From: Mariprofundaceae bacterium
Lineage (GTDB): Bacteria; Pseudomonadota; Zetaproteobacteria; Mariprofundales; Mariprofundaceae
NCBI GenBank assembly: GCA_032251395.1
Contig: JAVVEJ010000007.1
Location: forward strand, 3,662-67,661
Direction of reading: 5' to 3'
DNA: 64,000 nt
Made by a program: the position numbers and the translations under genes. Positions 44,249 through 58,504 of this stretch are shown here, piece after piece; within the stretch, counting starts at the first letter, position 1; each line of letters opens with the position of its first letter. The notes under the pieces are model-generated. The model made no database searches and was not told the DNA's origin. It saw only the letters and a program-made list of their open reading frames with translations.

Positions 44249-46125
44249 CTCTTTGACTGGCTTAATTGAATCATCAGCGAGGTAACCGCAGCCGGCGTAA
44301 TGCCCGGCATCCTTGCTGCCTGCCCCAGGTTGCCGGGTCTGCCGCTCAACAGCCGCTGGCGACACTCATGACTCAGGCCGGCGACGCTGTTGTAGTCAAA
44401 ATCTGGCGGAATCGACCGCACTTCAAGCTGGCGGAAACGCTCGATCTCCAGCGCCTGCTGATCCAGGTAGCCTTCGTAGTGAATAAACGCCTTCAGACTG
44501 GCCCTGTCACGCCCATTCAGTTCCGGGGTGACACTCAACAGATGCAAAGCACTCTCGACATCGACATCCTGCCGGTGGCAGTAAGCGGAAAAACCCATCC
44601 CCTGCCGGGGCATAGTCAGGCCAAGCGCCTCAATGCGCTTCTGCCACCCCTTGCCGGTGCCCACAACGGTAGCACGGACCTCTTCAATACCCCTGTTCAC
44701 AAGCTCTGCACGCTTTGTATACGAAACGGCGCGCTCTTTGCCATAAAGCCCGAGGCGCAGGGCCGTTTCACCCAGGCGCAGTTCAGCATTGTCCTCTCGC
44801 AACTGCAGCCTGAACTCGGCCCTTGAGGTAAACATGCGGTAAGGTTCGGTAACGCCTTTATTAACCAGGTCGTCAACCATTACCCCCATGTAGGCCTCCG
44901 AGCGGTCAGGGATCCAGGCCTCAATGCCCGTAGCGAGTGCGGCCGCATTGATTCCGGCAAGCAGCCCCTGTGCCGCCGCCTCCTCATAACCGGTTGTACC
45001 ATTGATCTGACCCGCATGGAAAAGCGCTGCAACCTTTTTACACTCCAGCGTTGGCAGCAGCTCTGTCGGATCCACATAGTCATACTCTATCGCATAACCG
45101 GGGCGGATAATGCTGGCCTTTTCCAGACCGGTAATGGAGCGCACAAAGGCCCACTGAACATCAATCGGCAGTGATGTTGAGATGCCGTTGGGGTAGATCT
45201 CTTCATAATCCCGTCCCTCCGGCTCAAGAAAGATCTGGTGGCTGCTCCTGTCAGCAAAACGGACAACCTTATCCTCGATGCTCGGACAGTAACGCGGGCC
45301 GACACTCTCAATGCTGCCGGAGTAGATCGGAGAGCGGTCCAGATTTTCACGAATAATCTCATGCGTTCTCTCGGTTGTGCGGGTAATGGCACAGGCAACC
45401 TGATCCCGAATCAATTCCCCGCTCTCTACAGAGAAGGGGAGTGCGTGCGTTTCGCCCGGCTGCAACTCCAATGCGCTCCAGTTGATGGTTCTGCGATCCA
45501 GCCTGGGCGGCGTGCCCGTCTTCAGGCGCCCCAGGCGCAGCTCTTTTTTATAGAGCTCATCAGTCAGCCCTGAGACCGCCGCATCGCCCACCCTGCCGGC
45601 CGGGAAGCGCCTCTCCCCCACATGTACCAGACCACCCAGAAATGTTCCGGTGGTTAGAACAACGGCAGCGGCCTGGTGCAGAACCCCCAGCTCATCGATT
45701 GCTCCTGTTACCCTGTCGCCATCAAACAGCAGCTCACTGATCGTTCCCTGATGCAGAAAGAGGCCGGGTGTAGCATCGAGTATGGCGCGCATCTGAATAT
45801 GGTAGTGCCGCCGGTCACACTGGGCGCGGGTCGCCTGAACGGCAGGCCCTTTTCGCCGGTTAAGCACGCGGTACTGAATGGCGGACCGGTCGGCAACCAG
45901 CCCCATGGCTCCGCCCAGTGCGTCAACTTCGCGGACCAGATGTCCCTTGCCCACCCCGCCAATAGCGGGGTTACATGACATTTTTGCGATGGTGTCCAGG
46001 TTCTGGGTAATCAGGCGCACGCGGACTCCCCGGCGCGCTGCTGCCAGGGCAGCCTCGCAGCCTGCATGCCCGGCGCCCACCACCAGCACATCAACCGGTC
46101 CGTCGGGATGTTTCACGTGAAACAT
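44245..46125 (-). CDS. mnmG: tRNA uridine-5-carboxymethylaminomethyl synthesis enzyme MnmG (GidA)
   Basis: FAD motif [12 protein letters not shown]. The start is taken as the ATG inside the second parS ([19 protein letters not shown]); the alternative is the ATG at 46146. Confidence 0.9.
   Translation of the reverse strand: MFHVKHPDGPVDVLVVGAGHAGCEAALAAARRGVRVRLITQNLDTIAKMSCNPAIGGVGKGHLVREVDALGGAMGLVADRSAIQYRVLNRRKGPAVQATRAQCDRRHYHIQMRAILDATPGLFLHQGTISELLFDGDRVTGAIDELGVLHQAAAVVLTTGTFLGGLVHVGERRFPAGRVGDAAVSGLTDELYKKELRLGRLKTGTPPRLDRRTINWSALELQPGETHALPFSVESGELIRDQVACAITRTTERTHEIIRENLDRSPIYSGSIESVGPRYCPSIEDKVVRFADRSSHQIFLEPEGRDYEEIYPNGISTSLPIDVQWAFVRSITGLEKASIIRPGYAIEYDYVDPTELLPTLECKKVAALFHAGQINGTTGYEEAAAQGLLAGINAAALATGIEAWIPDRSEAYMGVMVDDLVNKGVTEPYRMFTSRAEFRLQLREDNAELRLGETALRLGLYGKERAVSYTKRAELVNRGIEEVRATVVGTGKGWQKRIEALGLTMPRQGMGFSAYCHRQDVDVESALHLLSVTPELNGRDRASLKAFIHYEGYLDQQALEIERFRQLEVRSIPPDFDYNSVAGLSHECRQRLLSGRPGNLGQAARMPGITPAAVTSLMIQLSQSKR
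46109..46124. promoter_or_regulatory. parS centromere site (second copy)
   Basis: TGTTTCACGTGAAACA, identical to the copy at 43658..43673. Confidence 0.85.
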
Positions 46126-46273
46126 ATTGCTCTGTTTTGAAGCCATAGGACGGAGCAGGTTACGTATCTCCAGGGGTGAAAGCCAGAAGTGCGGCCAATA
46201 AAACTTCCGGTTTTCATTGGTACACTACATCTTGTGTTAAACAAACAGAATTACACAACCGGTTGCGTCACAT

Positions 46274-46298
46274 TAAAAAAGGAGGCCGAAGCCTCCTT
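46274..46298 (-). terminator. rho-independent terminator downstream of prk
   Basis: Stem aaggaggc/gcctcctt with loop cgaa (46279..46298). On the minus strand it is followed by TTTTTT. Confidence 0.7.
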
Positions 46299-46319
46299 AA
46301 TCAGGGCACCGGTTGCAGG

Positions 46320-47186
46320 TCAGGAGGCTTTGCGCTTCTTCTCCAGCATGTCATGAATAATCGGCGAGAGGATCAGCTCCATGGCCAGCAGCATTTTACT
46401 GGAGGGAACAACAATGGTGTTGCGACGAGACATGAACGAGCCGCTCAGCATGGACAGCAGGTACGGGAAGTCCATGCCGAACTTCTGGGGATTACGAACA
46501 CGAATCACCATCAGGCTCTCATCCGGGGTTGGAACGTCACGGGCAACAAACGGGTTGGACGTATCAACCAGGGGGACTCGCTGGAAGTTGATATCCGTGT
46601 ATGTGAACTGGGGTGTAATGAAGTGCACATAGTCATGCATGCGCTGAAGGATATTATCAACAACAGCGGCGGTGGAGTATCCGCGCATGGCTGTATCACG
46701 ATGAATCTTCTGGATCCATTCGATGTTCACAACCGGGACGATTCCCATGGAAAGATCGGTATAAGGGCGGACCTCTTCCACCCCGCCATGCAGGCCTTCA
46801 TAAAAAAGAAAGTCCGAGCCTTCACCCACATCACGCCAGTCGGTGAAGCGGCCTGCCTCAACGCCATAGATCTCTGCCTCCTGATCATCATGCACGTAGG
46901 TACGCGCCTTGCCGAGGCCGGTGTCACCATAGTCCTTGAACAGTTCGGCAATTTTATCAAACAGGTTGGCATCATCCGAGAAGTGGCTCAGCCGTTTGCC
47001 GGCAGCTTCAAACTCTTTGGCCTTCTCTCTGAATTCATAGCGATCAAAACGGTGGAAACAGTCTCCCTCCACAATGGCAGCAGTCACCTGCTCACGATGA
47101 AAGATATGCTCCAGCGCAACTTTTGCAGTACTGGTTCCCGCTCCGGAAGAGCCGGTTACGGAAATGACAGGATGCTTAACAGACAT
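46320..47186 (-). CDS. prk: phosphoribulokinase
   Basis: 288 aa. MSVKHPVISVTGSSGAGTSTAK P-loop and overall similarity to bacterial PRK (CbbP type). Confidence 0.88.
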   Translation of the reverse strand: MSVKHPVISVTGSSGAGTSTAKVALEHIFHREQVTAAIVEGDCFHRFDRYEFREKAKEFEAAGKRLSHFSDDANLFDKIAELFKDYGDTGLGKARTYVHDDQEAEIYGVEAGRFTDWRDVGEGSDFLFYEGLHGGVEEVRPYTDLSMGIVPVVNIEWIQKIHRDTAMRGYSTAAVVDNILQRMHDYVHFITPQFTYTDINFQRVPLVDTSNPFVARDVPTPDESLMVIRVRNPQKFGMDFPYLLSMLSGSFMSRRNTIVVPSSKMLLAMELILSPIIHDMLEKKRKAS

Positions 47187-47330
47187 ATATCCCCCCTAAA
47201 TGGTTATTGATTCAAACAGATGGGAGCGGATATGCAGCTAGCCATCTCTCCCGTTCATGTCGATTTCTGAGATGAGGCGGGATTATGACGGTTACAGGCG
47301 GGTTTATTCAAGGAAAAACAGCCGGAATCG

Positions 47331-48641
47331 CTATTTTCCAATACAAAATTCGGCAAAAACACGGTCAAGAATCGACTCAACATCGCCAATACCGAGAATC
47401 TCTCCCAGCTGTGTCCACGCCCTTCGCCACTCCAGCGCTACCAGGTCAAGATGCTCTTCCGGACCAAGCATTTTCAATCCATTTTCAATGTGTTCCAGGG
47501 TGGCCTGAAGCGCCTGCCTGTGCCGCGAACGGGTCACCATAACGCCCTCTTCGCCCGCAGCCACCTCCCCCAGCAGCTCCCCCAGACGATCACGCAGCTG
47601 TTCAAGGCCGCTGCCATCTTTTACCGAGATGGAGAGAAATTCATCATCCACCGGTTGGTGGGGCAGATCTGTTTTGTTCATCAGTTTGATGTCGGCTGCA
47701 TGATCACACAGCCAGGTTTCAGGCCTGCCGGCATCGGCGATAAAAAGTACCAGATCGGCATCGCCGGCAGTTGCTCTGGCCCTGCGCACGCCCTCCTGCT
47801 CAATCAGATCATCACTGATCCGCAAGCCTGCGGTATCTGCCAGGCGAACGGGAATACCGTGCACTTCGAAATCGATCTCAAGAACATCCCGGGTAGTTCC
47901 CGGAATATCACTGACAATGGCGCGCTCCCTGCCGGCCAGAGCATTCAACAGGCTCGACTTGCCCACATTGGGTGCGCCGATAATCGCAACGGAGGCTCCA
48001 TCAAACAGCCTCTCCCCCAGCCGGGCAGTGGAGAGCCACTGGCTGAGCGGCTCAGCCAGCTGCCGGGTTACATCCCTGCGAAGGGTATCAAAAAGAAGAT
48101 CAGGCAGCTCCTCTTCCGGAAAATCGAGACATGCCTCAACGTGAGCGACCGCTCCCGTCAGCTGATGCATCAGGCGCTCGACCTTTGCGCCAAACTCCCC
48201 CTGCAGATGCCGCTGGGCCTGCTTTGCCGCTCGCAGAGTGGCCGCATCGACACAGGCAATGACGGCTTCTGCCTGGGAGAGATCCATTTTGCCATTTTCC
48301 ACGGCTCTTCGGGTAAATGCTCCAGGCGCAGCAGGGGTCGCCCCCAGTTCAAACACCCGTTGCAGAAGGGCCCTCAAAAGAACCGGGCTTCCATGTGCCT
48401 GCAGCTCGATCACATCTTCGCCGGTATAGGAGTGGGGGGCCTGGAAATAGATGAGAATACCGGTATCAATCAATGAGCCGTCCGCATCATACCAGCGGCT
48501 TAGCCGTGCCGCTCCCGGAGCCGGTCTGCTGTCTGAGGCGGCAAGCTTTCCGGCAATCTCCGGAGCAGCTTCCCCGGAGAGGCGGATAATGCCCACGCCG
48601 CCCCGCCCTGCGGGTGTGGCGATGGCAGCAATCGTACTCAT
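47331..48641 (-). CDS. mnmE: tRNA modification GTPase MnmE (TrmE)
   Basis: 436 aa. G1 motif GAPNVGKSSLLNAL, DTAGLR, and a C-terminal FCIGK. Confidence 0.9.
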   Translation of the reverse strand: MSTIAAIATPAGRGGVGIIRLSGEAAPEIAGKLAASDSRPAPGAARLSRWYDADGSLIDTGILIYFQAPHSYTGEDVIELQAHGSPVLLRALLQRVFELGATPAAPGAFTRRAVENGKMDLSQAEAVIACVDAATLRAAKQAQRHLQGEFGAKVERLMHQLTGAVAHVEACLDFPEEELPDLLFDTLRRDVTRQLAEPLSQWLSTARLGERLFDGASVAIIGAPNVGKSSLLNALAGRERAIVSDIPGTTRDVLEIDFEVHGIPVRLADTAGLRISDDLIEQEGVRRARATAGDADLVLFIADAGRPETWLCDHAADIKLMNKTDLPHQPVDDEFLSISVKDGSGLEQLRDRLGELLGEVAAGEEGVMVTRSRHRQALQATLEHIENGLKMLGPEEHLDLVALEWRRAWTQLGEILGIGDVESILDRVFAEFCIGK

Positions 48642-48662
48642 TGTAACACTTGCTGAAGTCAG

Positions 48663-50264
48663 TTAATCAACGCCCATGGTTTTCATCACCAGCCGCTGCT
48701 GAATAATGGCCAGAATATTGTTAACCAGCCAGTAGAGAACCAGTCCTGCCGGGAAGAAGAGGAACATTACGGTAAAGAGTGCCGGCAGGAATGACATGAT
48801 TTTCGCCTGCATCGCATCAATCGGCTGCGGATTCATCTTCTGCTGCAGATACATGGAGATGCCCATCAGCAGGGGAAGAACAAAGTAGGGATCCTGAGCA
48901 GAGAGATCCTGAATCCAGCCCATAAATGGTGCCTGACGCATTTCGATAGACATCAGCAGTACTTTATAGAGGGCAAAGAAGACCGGAATCTGTATAATAA
49001 TCGGCAGGCAGCCACCCAGAGGGTTAACCTTGTTCTTCTTATAAAGGGCCATCATCTCCTGGCCAAGCCGCTGGCGATCATCACCGAACCGCTCCTGCAA
49101 CCGCTTCTGTTCAGGCTGCAGTTTGCGCATGGCCGCCATCGACTCGTAGGATTTCTGGGTCGGATAAAAGAAGAGAATCTTGATGCCGATCACCAGCAGG
49201 ATGATGCAGACGCCATAATTCGGGAAATATTTGTAGAGCCAGCTTATGCCATCATGCAGCGGCTTGGAGATGAAGGCAAACCAGCCAAAATCAACACTTC
49301 TTTCAAGGCCTACGCCCGCTTGCCGTAATATGGGTATCGACTTCGGTCCAATGAATACCGTGGACTGAAAAACGGCAGTCGATCCATCCATGATACCATC
49401 ATCAATCATGCCTGACTGATAGGAGCGCCCGTCTCCCTTATAGTAGTACCGGTAGTCACGCTGCTGGTTGCCGAATATGGCAGTGATGAAGTAGCGGCCC
49501 ATCGTACCGGTCCAGCCCCCGGTAGCTGCCAGACGAATGGTGCCACTCTCATCCAGGTCATCATAACTCTCTTCCTGCAGCACGCCATCCATCAGGCCAA
49601 CCGAGCCCGCATGTTCATAAAAAGTAGCGATCTCACGGTCCGGATGGCGCTCAACCACCTGACGGAACAGTTTGATACCGGACCCATTCTGAATACGGTC
49701 ATCAATAGTAATAAGGTAGGAGCCCGGCGACAGGGTAAAAATCCGGTCCCATGTTCTTCCATCAGACAGGGTCGCCCGGGTTACAACCCGGTCAGCTCCA
49801 TTAATGGTCTCTTTGGACAGCAGCCTGAATACAGAGACATCTTTCTCACCCATAAGACCGGCATTCAGATAGGTGACATGGGGTTCGCGTTCGCCCAGCA
49901 CCGAGACAGATGCAGACCCCTTTTTCAGGCTCTCCCTGTACTGATTCAGGCTGGCATTAATAACCCAGCCCTTCTCATTAACGCTCAGCTTGAGCAGGTC
50001 GTTGCCAAAAGCAATCACTTTGCCGGAGGCCGCTGTTTCCTGCAGGGCCGGAGCAGGGGTTTCAGCGGGAGCGGACGGAAAGAGGTCTTCGGCATCAGGC
50101 CTCAGCTCCGGAGTAGCAGTATCTTCACCGGGTGTTTTAACGGCAGCACTCTGTTCCCTGTTTACATTTGGGCCGGAATTATCGGCTGGTGGGAAAAGAA
50201 GCCCCCAACCCAGCAAAATCAACATGGACAGGGCAAATGCCAGGATCATATTGCGTTGTTCCAT
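48663..50264 (-). CDS. yidC: membrane protein insertase YidC
   Basis: 533 aa from Met23 of ORF-track entry 48663..50330 (MEQRNMILAFALS...). Large periplasmic domain and the conserved C-terminal 5-TM core (GCLPIIIQIPVFFALY). Confidence 0.9.
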   Translation of the reverse strand: MEQRNMILAFALSMLILLGWGLLFPPADNSGPNVNREQSAAVKTPGEDTATPELRPDAEDLFPSAPAETPAPALQETAASGKVIAFGNDLLKLSVNEKGWVINASLNQYRESLKKGSASVSVLGEREPHVTYLNAGLMGEKDVSVFRLLSKETINGADRVVTRATLSDGRTWDRIFTLSPGSYLITIDDRIQNGSGIKLFRQVVERHPDREIATFYEHAGSVGLMDGVLQEESYDDLDESGTIRLAATGGWTGTMGRYFITAIFGNQQRDYRYYYKGDGRSYQSGMIDDGIMDGSTAVFQSTVFIGPKSIPILRQAGVGLERSVDFGWFAFISKPLHDGISWLYKYFPNYGVCIILLVIGIKILFFYPTQKSYESMAAMRKLQPEQKRLQERFGDDRQRLGQEMMALYKKNKVNPLGGCLPIIIQIPVFFALYKVLLMSIEMRQAPFMGWIQDLSAQDPYFVLPLLMGISMYLQQKMNPQPIDAMQAKIMSFLPALFTVMFLFFPAGLVLYWLVNNILAIIQQRLVMKTMGVD

Positions 50265-50307
50265 GATATCAGACTCCTTCAGCGACAAACAGACACATTT
50301 ACAAAGA

Positions 50308-50517
50308 TTACGGAACCGGGTCACAACCACCTTTGGAAAAGGGGTGACAGCGGCACAGGCGGCGGAACGCTAACCATCCTCCACGGATTACGCCATATCG
50401 TTCTATCGCTTCAATGGCATATTCTGAACAGGTCGGGGTATAAATACAGCGGGGCGGCAGCAACGGAGAGATAAAATAGCGGTAGAAACGAACCATTCCG
50501 ATGGCTAAACGGTTCAT
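50308..50517 (-). CDS. yidD: membrane protein insertion efficiency factor YidD
   Basis: 69 aa. [27 protein letters not shown] is the canonical YidD motif. Confidence 0.88.
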   Translation of the reverse strand: MNRLAIGMVRFYRYFISPLLPPRCIYTPTCSEYAIEAIERYGVIRGGWLAFRRLCRCHPFSKGGCDPVP

Positions 50518-50864
50518 GATCCGGCCCGATTCACGCGCTGCATAATTCTGTCCAGGGCAATATCCATCTGGGATGAGAAATCGGTTGATCTCTCCACCCT
50601 GCTTGCCGGAAAGGCGAGAATATCAACCGGCACGTCCCGAATCGCATGCTGACGGAATCTCTCGCGCAGCAACCGTTTAAGGGCGTTCCTTTTTACAGCA
50701 TTACCATATTTTTTTGAAACAGCCAGCCCGAGGCGGGCATGCGAAAGGTGGTTTTTACGATAGACAAAACGCAGGCTGTCCATATGAAACCGGAGTCCGT
50801 CCCGCAGAGCATCAAAATCGGTTTTTGCCCTCAGCCGGAATCCGGGTGGAAAACTATTGCTCAG
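50514..50864 (-). CDS. rnpA: RNase P protein component; no canonical start codon for the conserved N-terminus
   Basis: The ORF track gives only 50514..50783 (89 aa). The in-frame upstream 27 codons encode [27 protein letters not shown], which aligns with the conserved RnpA N-terminus. The only start-like codon is a CTG at 50864 overlapping the rpmH stop. The 5' end is therefore uncertain. Confidence 0.75.
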   Translation of the reverse strand: MSNSFPPGFRLRAKTDFDALRDGLRFHMDSLRFVYRKNHLSHARLGLAVSKKYGNAVKRNALKRLLRERFRQHAIRDVPVDILAFPASRVERSTDFSSQMDIALDRIMQRVNRAGS

Positions 50865-50995
50865 GCAGACAGCCGTTTACGCCCTTTTGCGCGGCGGCGA
50901 TTAATAATCGCGCGTCCGGAGCGGGTTGCCATGCGTGCGCGAAACCCGTGGGTACGTGCTCGACGGATGCGGCTTGGCTTGTAAGTAAAACTCAT
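50861..50995 (-). CDS. rpmH: 50S ribosomal protein L34
   Basis: My own translation gives [44 protein letters not shown] (44 aa, below the ORF-track length cut-off). Confidence 0.92.
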   Translation of the reverse strand: MSFTYKPSRIRRARTHGFRARMATRSGRAIINRRRAKGRKRLSA

Positions 50996-51113
50996 ATCCA
51001 TCTCCTCTTTTTTGAAGGGTCGCGAATCATATGTTGCAACATTCCAATGTCAAGAACTCCGTCAGACGTGAATGAATGTGGATTAGCACAAACAAGCATG
51101 TACTATTCAGCCA

Positions 51114-52439
51114 ATGGTAGACCAAGATTGGAAGCAGCGTTGGAAGAGCATTGTAGAGCAAATCAAAAGTGACATTCCACCTTCAAAGTTTGATGCCTGG
51201 ATCATGCCCATTCATCCGGAATTCAGTGATAACTGTCTGATTCTGAAGGTGCCGAGCCGGATTTTTCTGGATGGTCTGAAAGCTGACTGTGAAAAGAAAA
51301 TTATTGCCTCTGTTAAATCCGTATTCTCACCGGATGTCGCTGTCCGCTTTGAGGTTGACTCATCCCTGACCCTGCCAACGGAGAGCAGGCCGGAACGCAA
51401 AGGTAAAAAACCGAACTATGTCGATGGCTATATTGACCCGCGCTTCACGTTTGATAATTTCGTGGTCGGTTCCAGTAATGAATTCTGTTATGCTGCCAGC
51501 CGGGCAGTAGCCGACAAGCCGGGTGAAAGCTATAACCCGCTCTATATTCATGGCGGTGTCGGTTTGGGTAAAACCCACCTGATCAATGCGGTTGCCAATG
51601 AGTTGATACGGAAGAATCATATCAAAATTGCCTACAGAACAGGTGAACGCTTCACCAACGAACTGATCACCGCCATTCGTAATAATGCCACCCATCAGTT
51701 CCGGGAACAGTATCGAAAGGTTGATGTGCTGATTATTGATGACGTGCAGTTTATTGCCGGAAAAACCAGTACGCAGGAAGAGTTTTTCCACACATTCAAT
51801 GCGCTGCATGAAGTTCATAAACAGATTATTCTGGTATCGGATCGAAGCCCCAGAGAGATGAGTCATCTTGAGGAACGTCTGAGATCCAGATTCAACTGGG
51901 GACTGGTAGCCGATATCCAGCCGCCCAATCTGGAAACACGGCTTGCGATTCTTGCAAGCAAGGCCGAACTGGCCGGCGTTACACTGGACAGGGATGTGGC
52001 CTATCTGCTTGCATCCAGAATCACCAACAATGTTCGTGAACTGGAAGGAGCCCTGACCCGTATCACCGCCTATGCAAAGCTGACCGACAAGGTTATCACC
52101 ATGGAGGTGACCCGCCATGTTCTCAGGGATCAGCTGCAGGAAGATATCCGAACCATCTCAGTGGATGATATCCAGAAAGGTGTTGCCAACTATTACAACA
52201 TCAGGATACAGGATATGCTATCCAAGAAACGAACCCGCACCATTGCCTTTCCGCGTCAGATTGCCATGTATGCATCCAAAGAGCTCACCTCACACTCCCT
52301 GCCGGAGATTGGCGAGAAATTTGGTGGAAAAGATCACACCACCATTCTCTATGCGTACAGAAAAATTCAGCAGATGCGAAACGAGGATAAGGATTTTGAT
52401 GATGAGATGAAGCGGCTGTTAAGCCTGTTTAAGTCGTAA
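51114..52439 (+). CDS. dnaA: chromosomal replication initiator DnaA
   Basis: 441 aa. AAA+ Walker A GGVGLGKTHL and a domain IV HTH (FPRQIAMYASKELT...GGKDHTTILYA). Confidence 0.95.
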   Translation: MVDQDWKQRWKSIVEQIKSDIPPSKFDAWIMPIHPEFSDNCLILKVPSRIFLDGLKADCEKKIIASVKSVFSPDVAVRFEVDSSLTLPTESRPERKGKKPNYVDGYIDPRFTFDNFVVGSSNEFCYAASRAVADKPGESYNPLYIHGGVGLGKTHLINAVANELIRKNHIKIAYRTGERFTNELITAIRNNATHQFREQYRKVDVLIIDDVQFIAGKTSTQEEFFHTFNALHEVHKQIILVSDRSPREMSHLEERLRSRFNWGLVADIQPPNLETRLAILASKAELAGVTLDRDVAYLLASRITNNVRELEGALTRITAYAKLTDKVITMEVTRHVLRDQLQEDIRTISVDDIQKGVANYYNIRIQDMLSKKRTRTIAFPRQIAMYASKELTSHSLPEIGEKFGGKDHTTILYAYRKIQQMRNEDKDFDDEMKRLLSLFKS

Positions 52440-52724
52440 CAGTCACCTCGCTCATTATGATACAGTGATTGAAAAAAGAGTAAGTTGTAGAAAGGTTATA
52501 CGGATTGCTGTGGATAACTGTTGAGTTACTTGCCTGATTGGGAGATGTGGTTGAATATTGCTCCTGGTCACACATACTGTTCACAGGGACAGAGTGTAGT
52601 TATACACAGTATAATTCTTTATAACTGTTTAAAAACAAAAGGATAATTGTCTTATACACGTTATTAACAGCCCCTACTGGTAAGACTATATATATTGTAT
52701 TAAGGTATTAAATAAGGAGTTGAA
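52440..52724. other. candidate chromosomal origin (oriC) in the dnaA-dnaN spacer
   Basis: Perfect DnaA box TGTGGATAA (52509..52517). TTATACACA (52600..52608) fits TTATNCACA. TTATACACG (52652..52660) has one mismatch. AT-rich tracts at 52611..52640 and 52686..52715. The coding-strand switch occurs at this locus. Confidence 0.6.
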
Positions 52725-53825
52725 ATGCACATCACAGTACCCAGAACATCTTTTTTGCAGCATGTGCAGCGTTGTCAGAACATTGTTGAGAAGAGAAGCA
52801 CCAACGCCATTCTCTCCAATCTCCTGCTACAGGCATCCGGGCAAAAACTGAAAATCGTGGCTACAGACCTGCAGATTGGTGTCTGTTCGGAAGTAGAGGC
52901 AAACATTCATAGCGAAGGTACGATTACCGTTTCTGCAAAAAAACTGTTCGATATTGTTAAAGAGCTGGATGTGGACAGTGATGTGGAGCTGAAAACGGAA
53001 GCCTCTTTTATGGAGATCAGGAGCGGCCGTTCGAAGTTCAGGCTCTCCACCCTGCCAGCCAATGACTATCCGGGCCTGCCTGATCCGGATACCGATTTTT
53101 CTGTCCGCATCAGCGGCAGAGATCTCGCAGCCATGATTGCAGCCACCAGCTTTTCGATGTCAACAGATGAGACCCGTAAATACCTTACCGGAACACTGTT
53201 TGAGATTTCACCGCAGCACGGCCTGCAGCTGGTTGCAACTGATGGACACCGGATGGCGCTGGTTGCTGCCCGTCTGGAACAGGAGGTGGAGAGCAGCAGT
53301 GCTATTGTTCCACGCAAAGCGGTAGCAGAGATCAGAAAAATCTGTGAAGAGACGGAGGGGCCGGTCACGCTGTCACTTGGCAAACGCCAGGTTCGCCTTG
53401 ATGCCGGTGAGCATAGCCTGACATCCAAAGTGATTGATGCGCAGTTCCCTGTTTATGACGATGTGATTCCAACCGATAATCCGGAAGAGCTGGTGATTGA
53501 CCGTGGACGCATGGATCAGATTCTGCGCCGGAGCATGATTGTGGCCAATGAGTTTACACATGATGTGCGTCTGCAATTTTCCGCAAACGCCCTGCATATA
53601 TCGGCGCATAATACAGAACAGGAGCAGGCGGAGGAGTTCATTGATGCCGACTATTCGGGAAAAGAGCTCTGCATCGGATTCAATGGCCGTTATTTAAGGG
53701 ATGTGCTGGGTGCGGTTCAATCTGACCGGATCAGGATTCAGGTAAAGGATGATCTCTCCCCGGTACTGCTGCTGGAAGAGGGTAACGATGCCTCAAAATA
53801 TGTTGTGATGCCGATGCGAATCTGA
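52725..53825 (+). CDS. dnaN: DNA polymerase III beta sliding clamp
   Basis: 366 aa with an AAGGAG SD. Three-domain clamp layout, ending in the typical C-terminus ...YVVMPMRI. Confidence 0.95.
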   Translation: MHITVPRTSFLQHVQRCQNIVEKRSTNAILSNLLLQASGQKLKIVATDLQIGVCSEVEANIHSEGTITVSAKKLFDIVKELDVDSDVELKTEASFMEIRSGRSKFRLSTLPANDYPGLPDPDTDFSVRISGRDLAAMIAATSFSMSTDETRKYLTGTLFEISPQHGLQLVATDGHRMALVAARLEQEVESSSAIVPRKAVAEIRKICEETEGPVTLSLGKRQVRLDAGEHSLTSKVIDAQFPVYDDVIPTDNPEELVIDRGRMDQILRRSMIVANEFTHDVRLQFSANALHISAHNTEQEQAEEFIDADYSGKELCIGFNGRYLRDVLGAVQSDRIRIQVKDDLSPVLLLEEGNDASKYVVMPMRI

Positions 53826-53835
53826 CAAGCCGGCC

Positions 53836-58455
<4,620 letters not shown>

Positions 58456-58504
58456 AGCGTTTTTGTGGCATTCCCGTGCAGGTGGAAGCGATAAAGGAGA
58501 AGAG

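Noticed and set aside
46176-47210. 344-aa plus-strand ORF
   Set aside because: It is antisense to phosphoribulokinase, whose translation has clear family motifs. It is a shadow ORF.
47451-48476. 341-aa plus-strand ORF
   Set aside because: It is antisense to mnmE and has no motifs or SD. It is a shadow ORF.
49611-50474. 287-aa plus-strand ORF
   Set aside because: It is antisense to yidC/yidD. It is a shadow ORF.
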